From the human T2T-CHM13v2.0 reference genome, Homo sapiens: DNA of 64,000 bases. The stretch lies in assembly GCF_009914755.1 (NCBI RefSeq), contig NC_060936.1; one strand, given 5' to 3'. The stretch's first letter is position 1. Every line of letters starts with the position of its first letter. The translations under genes were made by a program, and so were the position numbers. Shown piece after piece: positions 50,901-62,900 of this stretch. The notes below the pieces were generated by a model, which had not been told where the DNA came from, made no database searches, and saw nothing but the letters and a program-made list of their open reading frames with translations.

Positions 50901-53900
50901 TCACAAAGTAGTTTCTGAGAATGATTCTGTCTAGTTTTTATACGAAGATATTTCCTTTCCTACATTTGGCCTAAAAGCGCTTGAAATCTCCACCTGCAAA
51001 TATCACAAAAAGAGGGTTTCACATCTGCTCTGTCTAAAGGACAGTTCACCTCTGTGAGTTGAGTAGAGGCAACACAAAGAACTTACTCAGTATTCTTCTT
51101 TCTAGCGTTCTATGAAGAAATCACGTTTCCAACGAAGGCCCCAATGAGGTCCAAATATCTGCTTGCAGACTTTACAGACAGAGTGTTTCCAAACTACTCT
51201 ATGAAAAGAAAGCTTAAACTTCTTGAGTTGAAAGCACACATCACAAAGTAGTTTCTGAGAATGATTCTGTCTAGTTTTTATACGAAGATGTTTCCTTTTC
51301 TACATTTGGTCTCAAAGCGATTGAAATCTCCAACTGGAAACTGCACAAATAGGGTGTTTCAAATCTGCTCTGTCTAAAGGAAGGTTCAACTCTTTGAGTT
51401 GAATACACACACCACAAATAAGTTACTGAGAATTCTTCTGTCGAACATTACTTGAAGAAATCCCGTTTCCAACGAAGGCCTCAAAGAGGTCCAAATATCC
51501 ACTTGCAGACATTACAAACAGAGTGTTTCCAAACTGCTCCATCAAAAGAAAGGTTAAACTCTGTGAGCTGAACACACACATCAAAAAGAAGTTTCTGTGA
51601 ATGATTCTGTCTAGATTTTATAAGAAGATGTTTCCTTTTCTACCGTAGGCCTCAAAGTGCTTGAAATCTCCAGCTGCAAATTCCACAAAAAGGGTGTTTA
51701 ACATCTGCTCTTCTAAAGGAAAGTTCAACTCAATGAGTTGAATACACACAGCCCAAAGAAGTTACTGAGACTTCTCCTATCAAACATTATATGAAGAAAT
51801 CCCGTTTCCAACGAAGGCCTCAAAGAGGTCCAAATATCTGCTTGCAGACTTTACAAAGACAGTGTCTCCAAACTCCTCCATCAAAAGAAAGGTTATACTC
51901 TGTGAATTGAACGCACACATCACAAAGTAGTTTCTGAGAATGATTCTGTCTAGTTTTTATACGAAGATATTTCCTTTTCTACATTTGGCCTAAAAGCGCT
52001 TGAAGTCTCCACCTGCAAATATCACAAAAAGAGGGTTTCACATCTGCTCTGTCTAAAGGACAGTTCACCTTTGTGAGTTGAATAGAGGCAACACAAAGAA
52101 CTTACTCAGTATTCTTCTTTCTAGCGTTCTATGAAGAAATCCCGTTTCCAACGAAGGCCCCAAAGAGGTCCAAATATCTGCTTGCAGACTTTACAGACAG
52201 AGTGTTTCCAAACTACTCTATGAAAAGAAAGCTTAAACTCCTTGAGTTGAACGCACACATCACAAAGTAGTTTCTGAGAATGATTCTGTCTAGTTTTTAT
52301 ACGAAGATGTTTCCTTTTCTACATTTGGTCTCAAAGCGATTGAAATCTCCAACTGGAAACTGCACAAATAGGGTGTTTCAAATCTGCTCTGTCTAAAGGA
52401 AGGTTCAACTCTGTGAGTTGAATACACACACCACAAATAAGTTACTGAGAATTCTTCTGTCGAACATTACTTGAAGAAATCCCGTTTCCAACGAAGGCCT
52501 CAAAGAGGTCCAAATATCCACTTGCAGACATTAGAAAAAGAGTGTTTCCAAACTGCTCCATCAAAAGAAAGGTTAAACTCTGTGAGCTGAACACACACAT
52601 CAAAAAGAAGTTTCTGTGAATGATTCTGTCAAGATTTTATAAGATGTTTCCATTTCTACCGTAGGACTCAAAGCGCTTGAAATCTCCAGCTGCAAATTCC
52701 ACAAAAAGGGTGTTTAACATCTGCTCTTCTAAAGGAAAGTTCAACACTATGAGTTGAATACACACAGCACAAAGAAGTTACTGAGACTTCTCCTATCAAA
52801 CATTATATGAAGAAATCCCGTTTCCAACGAAGGCCTCAAAGAGGTCCAAATATCTGCTTGCAGACTTTAAAGACAGAGTTTTTCCAAACTGCTCCATCAA
52901 AAGAAAGGTTAAACTCCTTGAGTTGAACACACACATCACAAAGTAGTTTCTGTGAATGATTCTGTCTAGTTTTTATACGAAGATGTTTCCTTTTCTACCT
53001 TTGGTCCCAAAGCGATTGAAATCTCCACATGGAAACTCCACAAAAAGAGTGTTTCAAATCTGCTCTTTCTGAAGGAAGGTTCAACTCTGTGAGTTGAATA
53101 CACACACCACAAATAAGTTCCTGAGAATTCTTCTGTGTAACATTATATGAGGAAATCCCGTTTCCAACGAAGGCCTCAAAGAGGTCTAAATATCCACTTG
53201 CAGACTTTACAAAGACAGTGTCTCCAAACTCCTCCATCAAAAGAAAGGTTATACTCTGTGAATTGAACGCACACATCACAAAGTAGTTTCTGAGAATGAT
53301 TCTGTCTAGTTTTTATACGAAGATATTTCCTTTTCTACATTTGGCCTAAAAGCGCTTGAAATCTCCACCTGCAAATATCACAAAAAGAGGGTTTCACATC
53401 TGCTCTGTCTAAAGGACAGTTCACCTCTGTGAGTTGAGTAGAGGCAACACAAAGAACTTACTCAGTATTCTTCTTTCTAGCGTTCTATGAAGAAATCACG
53501 TTTCCAACGAAGGCCCCAAAGAGGTCCAAATATCTGCTTGCAGACTTTACAGACAGAGTGTTTCCAAACTACTCTATGAAAAGAAAGCTTAAACTTCTTG
53601 AGTTGAACGCACACATCACAAAGTAGTTTCTGAGAATGATTCTGTCTAGTTTTTATACGAAGATGTTTCCTTTTCTACATTTGGTCTCAAAGCGATTGAA
53701 ATCTCCAACCGGAAACTGCACAAATAGGGTGTTTCAAATCTGCTCTGTCTAAAGGAAGGTTCAACTCTTTGAGTTGAATACACACACCACAAATAAGTTA
53801 CTGAGAATTCTTCTGTCGAACATTACTTGAAGAAATCCCGTTTCCAACGAAGGCCTCAAAGAGGTCCAAATATCCACTTGCAGACATTACAAACAGAGTG

Positions 53901-56900
53901 TTTCCAAACTGCTCCATCAAAACAAAGGTTAAACTCTGTGAGCTGAACACACACATCAAAAACAAGTTTCTGTGAATGATTCTGTCTAGATTTTATAAGA
54001 AGATGTTTCCTTTTCTACTGTAGGCCTCAAAGTGCTTGAAATCTCCAGCTGCAAATTCCACAAAAAGGGTGTTTAACATCTGCTCTTCTAAAGGAAAGTT
54101 CAACTCAATGAGTTGAATACACACAGCCCAAAGAAGTTACTGAGACTTCTCATATCAAACATTATATGAAGAAATCCCGTTTCCAACGAAGGCCTCAAAG
54201 AGGTCCAAATATCTGCTTGCAGACTTTACAAAGACAGTGTCTCCAAACTCCTCCATCAAAAGAAAGGTTATACTCTGTGAATTGAACGCACACATCACAA
54301 AGTAGTTTCTGAGAATGATTCTGTCTAGTTTTTATACGAAGATATTTCCTTTTCTACATTTGGCCTAAAAGCGCTTGAAGTCTCCACCTGCAAATATCAC
54401 AAAAAGAGGGTTTCACATCTGCTCTGTCTAAAGGACAGTTCACCTTTGTGAGTTGAATAGAGGCAACACAAAGAACTTACTCAGTATTCTTCTTTCTAGC
54501 GTTCTATGAAGAAATCCCGTTTCCAACGAAGGCCCCAAAGAGGTCCAAATATCTGCTTGCAGACTTTACAGACAGAGTGTTTCCAAACTACTCTATGAAA
54601 AGAAAGCTTAAACTCCTTGAGTTGAACGCACACATCACAAAGTAGTTTCTGAGAATGATTCTGTCTAGTTTTTATACGAAGATGTTTCCTTTTCTACATT
54701 TGGTCTCAAAGCGATTGAAATCTCCAACTGGAAACTGCACAAATAGGGTGTTTCAAATCTGCTCTGTCTAAAGGAAGGTTCAACTCTGTGAGTTGAATAC
54801 ACACACCACAAATAAGTTACTGAGAATTCTTCTGTCGAACATTACTTGAAGAAATCCCGTTTCCAACGAAGGCCTCAAAGAGGTCCAAATATCCACTTGC
54901 AGACATTACAAACAGAGTGTTTCCAAACTGCTCCATCAAAAGAAAGGTTAAACTCTGTGAGCTGAACACACACATCAAAAAGAAGTTTCTGTGAATGATT
55001 CTGTCTAGGTTTTATAAGAACATATTTCCTTTTCTACCGTAGGCCACAAAGCGCTTGAAATCTCCAGCTGCAAATTCCACAAAAAGGGTGTTTAACATCT
55101 GCTCTTCTAAAGGAAAGTTCAACTCTATGAGTTGAATACACACAGCACAAAGAAGTTACTGAGACTTCTCCTATCAAACATTATATGAAGAAATCCCGTT
55201 TCCAACGAAGGCCTCAAAGAGGTCCAAATATCCACTTGCAGACATTACAAACAGAGTGTTTCCAAACTGTTCCATCAAAAGAAAGATTAAACTCTGTGAG
55301 CTGAACACACACATGAAAAAGAAGTTTCTGTGAATGATTCTGTCTAGATTTTATACGAAGATGTTTCCTTTTCTACCTTTGGTCTCAATGCGATTGAAAT
55401 CTCCACATGGAAACTCCACAAAAAGTGTGTTTGAAATCTGCTCTTTCTGAAGGAAGGTTCAACTCTGTGAGTTGAATAAACACACCACAAATAAGTTACT
55501 GAGAATTCTTCTGTGTAACATTATATGAGGAAATCCCGTTTCCAACGAAGGCCTCAAAGAGGTCCAAATATCCACTTGCAGACTTTACAAAGACAGTGTC
55601 TCCAAACTCCTCCATCAAAAGAAAGGTTATACTCTGTGAATTGAACGCACACATCACAAAGTAGTTTCTGAGAATGATTCTGTCTAGTTTTTATACGAAG
55701 ATATTTCCTTTTCTACATTTGGCCTAAAAGCGCTTGAAATCTCCACCTGCAAATATCACAAAAAGAGGGTTTCACATCTGCTCTGTCTAAAGGACAGTTC
55801 ACCTCTGTGAGTTGAATAGAGGCAACACAAAGAACTTACTCAGTATTCTTCTTTCTAGCGTTCTATGAAGAAATCCCGTTTCCAACGAAGGCCCCAAAGA
55901 GGTCCAAATATCTGCTTGCACGCTTTACAGACAGAGTGTTTCCAAACTACTCTATGAAAAGAAAGCTTAAACTCCTTGAGTTGAACGCACACATCACAAA
56001 GTAGTTTCTGAGAATGATTCTGTCCAGTTTTTATACGAAGATGTTTCCTTTTCTACATTTGGTCTCAAAGCGATTGAAATCTCCAACTGGAAACTGCACA
56101 AATACGGTGTTTCAAATCTGCTCTGTCTAAAGGAAGGTTCAACTCTGTGAGTTGAATACACACACCACAAATAAGTTACTGAGAATTCTTCTGTCGAACA
56201 TTACTTGAAGAAATCCCGTTTCCAACGAAGGCCTCAAAGAGGTCCAAATATTCACTTGCAGATATTACAAACAGAGTGTTTCCAAACTGCTCCAACAAAA
56301 GAAAGGTTAAACTCTGTGAGCTGAACACACACATCAAAAACAAGTTTCTGTGAATGATTCTGTCTAGATTTTATAAGAAGATGTTTCCTTTTCTACCGTA
56401 GGACTCAAAGCGCTTGAAATCTCCAGCTGCAAATTCCACAAAAAGGGTGTTTAACATCTGCTCTTCTAAAGGAAAGTTCAACTCTATGAGTTGAATACAC
56501 ACAGCACAAAGAAGTTACTGAGACTTCTCCTATCAAACATTATATGAAGAAATCCCGTTTCCAACGAAGGCCTCAAAGAGGTCCAAATATCTGCTTGCAG
56601 ACTTTAAAGACAGAGTTTTTCCAAACTGCTCCATCAAAAGAAAGGTTAAACTCCTTGAGTTGAACACACACATCACAAAGTAGTTTCTGTGAATGATTCT
56701 GTCTAGTTTTTATACGAAGATGTTTCCTTTTCTAGCTTTGGTCTCAAAGCGATTGAAATCTCCACATGGAAACTCCACAAAAAGAGTGTTTCAAATCTGC
56801 TGTTTCTGAAGGAAGGTTCAACTCTGTGAGTTGAATACACGCACCACAAATAAGTTACTGGGAATTCTTCTGTGTAACATTATATGAGGAAATCCCGTTT

Positions 56901-59900
56901 CCAACGAAGGCCTCAAAGAGGTCCAAATATCCACTTGCAGACTTTACAAAGACAGTGTCTCCAAACTCCTCCATCAAAAGAAAGGTTATACTTTGTGAAT
57001 TGAACGCACACATCACAAAGTAGTTTCTGAGAATGATTCTGTCTAGTTTTTATACGAAGATATTTCCTTTTCTACATTTGGCCTAAAAGCGCCTGAAATC
57101 TCCACCTGCAAATATCACAAAAAGAGGGTTTCACATCTGCTCTGTCTAAAGGACAGTTCACCTCTGTGAGTTGAATAGAGGCAACACAAAGAACTTACTC
57201 AGTATTCTTCTTTCTAGCGTTCTATGAAGAAATCCCGTTTCCAACGAAGGCCCCAAAGAGGTCCAAATATCTGCTTGCAGACTTTACAGACAGAGTGTTT
57301 CCAAACTGCTCTATGAAAAGAAAGCTTAAACTCCTTGAGTTGAACGCACACATCACAAAGTAGTTTCTGAGAATGATTCTGTCCAGTTTTTATACGAAGA
57401 TGTTTCCTTTTCTACATTTGGTCTCAAAGCGATTGAAATCTCCAACTGGAAACTGCACAAATAGGGTGTTTCAAATCTGCTCTGTCTAAAGGAAGGTTCA
57501 ACTCTGTGAGTTGAATACACACACCACAAATAAGTTACTGAGAATTCTTCTGTCGAACATTACTTGAAGAAATCCCGTTTCCAACGAAGGCCTCAAAGAG
57601 GTCCAAATATCCACTTGCAGATATTACAAACAGAGTGTTTCCAAACTGCTCCATCAAAAGAAAGGTTAAACTCTGTGAGCTGAACACACACATCAAAAAG
57701 AAGTTTCTGTGAATGATTCTGTCTAGATTTTATAAGAAGATGTTTCCTTTTCTACCGTAGGCCTCAAAGCGCTTGAAATCTCCAGCTGCAAATTCCACAA
57801 AAAGGGTGTTTAACATCTGCTCTTCTAAAGGAAAGTTCAACTCTATGAGTTGAATACACACAGCACAAAGAAGTTACTGAGACTTCTCCTATCAAACATT
57901 ATATGAAGAAATCCCGTTTCCAACGAAGGCCTCAAAGAGGTCCAAATATCTGCTTGCAGACTTTAAAGACAGAGTTTTTCCAAACTGCTCCATCCAAAGA
58001 AAGGTTAAACTCCTTGAGTTGAACACACACATCACAAAGTAGTTTCTGTGAATGATTCTGTCTAGTTTTTATACGAAGATGTTTCCTTTTCTACCTTTGG
58101 TCTCAAAGCGATTGAAATCTCCACATGGAAACTCCACAAAAAGAGTGTTTCAAATCTGCTCTTTCTGAAGGAAGGTTCAACTCTGTGAGTTGAATACACA
58201 CACCACAAATAAGTTACTGAGAATTCTTCTGTGTAAAATTATATGAGGAAATCCCGTTTCCAACGAAGGCCTCAAAGAGGTCCAAATATCCACCTGCAGA
58301 CTTTACAAAGACAGTGTCTCCAAACTCCTCCATCAAAAGAAAGGTTATACTCTGTGAATTGAACGCACACATCACAAAGTAGTTTCTGAGAATGATTCTG
58401 TCTAGTTTTTATACGAAGATATTTCCTTTTCTACATTTGGCCTAAAAGCGCTTGAAATCTCCACCTGCAAATATCACAAAAAGAGGGTTTCACATCTGCT
58501 CTGTCTAAAGGACAGTTCACCTCTGTGAGTTGAATAGAGGCAACACAAAGAACTTACTCAGTATTCTTCTTTCTAGCGTTCTATGAAGAAATCCCGTTTC
58601 CAACGAAGGCCCCAATGAGGTCCAAATATCTGCTTGCAGACTTTACAGACAGAGTGTTTCCAAACTACTCTATGAAAAGAAAGCTTAAACTCCTTGAGTT
58701 GAACGCACACTTCACAAAGTAGTTTCTGAGAATGATTCTGTCTAGTTTTTATACGAAGATGTTTCCTTTTCTACATTTGGTCTCAAAGCGATTGAAATCT
58801 CCAACTGGAAACTGCACAAATAGGGTGTTTCAAATCTGCTCTGTCTAAAGGAAGGTTCAACTCTGTGAGTTGAATACACACACCACAAATAAGTTACTGA
58901 GAATTCTTCTGTCGAACATTACTTGAAGAAATCCCGTTTGCAACGAAGGCCTCAAAGAGGTCCAAATATCCACTTGCAGACATTACAAACAGAGTGTTTC
59001 CAAACTGCTCCATCAAAAGAAAGGTTAAACTCTGTGAGCTGAACACACACATCAAAAAGAAGTTTCTGTGAATGATTCTGTCTAGATTTTATAAGAAGAT
59101 GTTTCCTTTTCTACCGTAGGCCTCAAAGCGCTTGAAATCTCCAGCTGCAAATTGCACAAAAAGGGTGTTTAACATCTGCTCTTCTAAAGGAAAGTTCAAC
59201 TCTATGAGTTGAATACACACAGCACAAAGAAGTTACTGAGACTTCTCCTATCAAACATTATATGAAGAAATCCCGTTTCCAACGATGGCCTCAAAGAGGT
59301 CCAAATATCTGCTTGCAGACTTTACAAAGACAGTGTCTCCAAACTCCTCCATCAAAAGAAAGGTTATACTCTGTGAATTGAACGCACACATCACAACGTA
59401 GTTTCTGAGAGTGATTCTGTCTAGTTTTTATACGAAGATATTTCCTTTTCTACATTTGGCCTAAAAGCGCTTGAAATCTCCACCTGCAAATATCACAAAA
59501 AGAGGGTTTCACATCTGCTCTGTCTAAAGGACAGTTCACCTCTGTGAGTTGAATAGAGGCAACACAAAGAACTTACTCAGGATTCTTCTTTCTAGCGTTC
59601 TATGAAGAAATCCTGTTTCCAACGAAGGCCCCAAAGAGGTCCAAATATCTGCTTGCAGACTTTACAGACAGAGTGTTTCCAAACTACTCTATGAAAAGAA
59701 ATCTTAAACTCCTTGAGTTGAACGCACACATCACAAAGTAGTTTCTGAGAATGATTCTGTCTAGTTTTTATACGAAGATGTTTCCTTTTCTACATTTGGT
59801 CTCAAAGCGATTGAAATCTCCAACTGGAAACTGCACAAATAGGGGGTTTCAAATCTGCTCTGTCTAAAGGAAGGTTCAACTCTGTGAGTTGAATACACAC

Positions 59901-62900
59901 ACCACAAATAAGTTACTGAGAATTCTTCTGTCGAACATTACTTGAAGAAATCTCGTTTCCAACGAAGGCCTCAAAGAGGTCCAAATATCCACTTGCAGAC
60001 ATTACAAACAGAGTGTTTCCAAACTGCTCCATCAAAAGAAAGGTTAAACTCTGTGAGCTGAACACACACATCAAAAAGAAGTTTCTGTGAATGATTCTGT
60101 CTAGATTTTGTAAGAAGATGTTTCCTTTTCTACCGTAGGCCTCAATGCGCTTGAAATCTCCACCTGCAAATTCCACAAAAAGGGTGTTTAACATCTGCTC
60201 TTCTAAAGGAAAGTTAAACTCTATGCGTTGAATACACACAGGACAAAGAAGTTACTGAGACTTCTCCTATCAAACATTATATGAAGAAATCCCGTTTCCA
60301 ACGAAGGCCTCAAAGAGGTCCAAATATCTGCTTGCAGACTTTACAGACAGACTTTTTCCAAACTGCTCCATCAAAAGAAAGGTTAAACTCCTTGAGTTGA
60401 ACACACACATCACAAAGTAGTTTCTGTGAATGATTCTGTCTAGTTTTTATACGAAGATGTTTCCTTTTCTACCTTTGGTCTCAAAGCGATTGAAATCTCC
60501 ACATGGAAACTCCACAAAAAGAGTGTTTCAAATCTGCTCTTTCTGAAGGAAGGTTCAACTCTGTGAGTTGAATACACACACCACAAATAAGTTACTGAGA
60601 ATTCTTCTGTGTAACATTATATGAGGAAATCCCGTTTCCAACGAAGGCCTCAAAGAGGTCCAAATATCCACTTGCAGACTTTACAAAGACAGTGTCTCCA
60701 AACTCCTCCATCAAAAGAAAGGTTATACTCTGTGAATTGAACGCACACATCACAAAGTAGTTTCTGAGAATGATTCTGTCTAGTTTTTATACGAAGATAT
60801 TTCCTTTTCTACATTTGGCCTAAAAGCGCTTGAAATCTCCACCTGCAAATATCACAAAAAGAGGGTTTCACATCTGCTCTGTCTAAAGGACAGTTCACCT
60901 CTGTGAGTTGAATAGAGGCAACACAAAGAACTTACTCAGTATTCTTCTTTCTAGCGTTCTATGAAGAAATCCCGTTTCCAACGACGACCCCAATGAGGTC
61001 CAAATATCTGCTTGCAGACTTTACAGACAGAGTGTTTCCAAACTACTCTATGAAAAGAAAGCTTAAACTCCTTGAGTTGAACGCACACATCACAAAGTAG
61101 TTTCTGAGAATGATGCTGTCTTGTTTTTGTACGAAGATGTTTCCTTTTCTACATTTGGTCTCAAAGCGATTGAAATCTCCAACTGGAAACTGCACAAATA
61201 GGGTGTTTCAAATCTGCTCTGTCTAAAGGAAGGTTCAACTCTGTGAGTTGAATACACACACCATAAATAAGTTACTGAGAATTCTTCTGTCGAACATTAC
61301 AGGAAGAAATCCCGTTTCCAACGAAGGCCTCAAAGAGGTCCAAATATCCACTTGCAGACATTACAAACAGAGTGTTTCCAAACTGCTCCATCAAAAGAAA
61401 GGTTAAACTCTGTGAGCTGAACACACACATCAAAAAGAAGTTTCTGTGAATGATTCTGTCTAGATTTTATAAGAAGATGTTTCCTTTTCTACCGTAGGCC
61501 TCAAAGCGCTTGTAATCTCCAGCTGCAAATTCCACAAAAAGGGTGTTTAACATCTGCTCTTCTAAAGGAAAGTTCAACTCTATGAGTTGAATACACACAG
61601 CACAAAGAAGTTACTGAGACTTCTCCTATCAAACATTATATGAAGAAATCCCGTTTCCAACGAAGGCCTCAAAGAGGTCCAAATATCCACTTGCAGACAT
61701 TACAAACAGAGTGTTTCCAAACTGCTCCATCAAAAGAAAGGTTAAACTCTGTGAGCTGAACACACACATCAAAAAGAAGTTTCTGTGAATGATTCTGTCT
61801 AGATTTTGTAAGAAGATGTTTCCTTTTCTACCGTAGGCCTCAAAGCGCTTGAAATCTCCAGCTGCAAATTCCACAAAAAGGGTGTTTAACATCTGCTCTT
61901 CTAAAGGAAAGTTCAACTCTATGAGTTGAATACACACAGCACAAAGAAGTTACTGAGACTTCTCCTATCAAACATTATATGAAGAAATCCCGTTTCTAAC
62001 GATGGCCTGAACGAGGTCCAAATATCTGCTTGCAGACTTTACAAAGACAGTGTCTCCAAACTCCTCCATCAAAAGAAAGGTTATACTCTGTGAATTGAAC
62101 GCACACATCACAAAGTTGTTTCTGTGAATGATTCTGTCTAGTTTTTATAGGAAGATATTTCCTTTTCTACATTTGGCCTAAAAGCGCTTGAAATCTCCAC
62201 CTGCAAATATCACAAAAAGAGGGTTTCACATCTGCTCTCTCTAAAGGACAGTTCACCTCTGTGAGTTGAATAGAGGCAACACAAAGAACTTACTCAGTAT
62301 TCTTCTTTCTAACGTTCTATGAAGAAATCCCGTTTCTAACGAAGTCCCCAAAGAGGTCCAAATATCTGCTTGCAGACTTTACAGACAGAGTGTTTCCAAA
62401 CTACTCTATGAAAAGAAAGCTTAAACTCCTTGAGTTGAACGCACACATCACAAATTAGTTTCTGAGAATGATTCTGTCTAGTTTTTATACGAAGATGTTT
62501 CCTTTTCTACATTTGGTCTCAAAGCGATTGAAATCTCCAACTGGAAACTGCACAAATAGGGTGTTTCAAATCTGCTCTGTCTAAAGGAAGGTTCAACTCT
62601 GTGAGTTGAATACACACAGCACAAATAAGTTACTGAGAATTCTTCTGTCGAACATTACTTGAAGAAATCCCGTTTCCAACGAAGGCCTCAAAGAGGTCCA
62701 AATATCCACTTGCAGACATTACAAACAGAGTGTTTCCAAACTGCTCCATCAAAAGAAAGGTTAAACTCTGTGAGCTGAACACACACATCAAAAAGAAGTT
62801 TCTGTGAATGATTCTGTCTAGATTTTGTAAGAAGATGTTTCCTTTTCTACCGTAGGCCTCAATGCGCTTGAAATCTCCACCTGCAAATTCCACAAAAAGG

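Noticed and set aside
5283-53512. Apparent excess of C>A changes in CENP-B boxes
   Set aside because: These are mostly copies of a few ancestral events amplified by duplication, too few independent events to claim a mutational signature.
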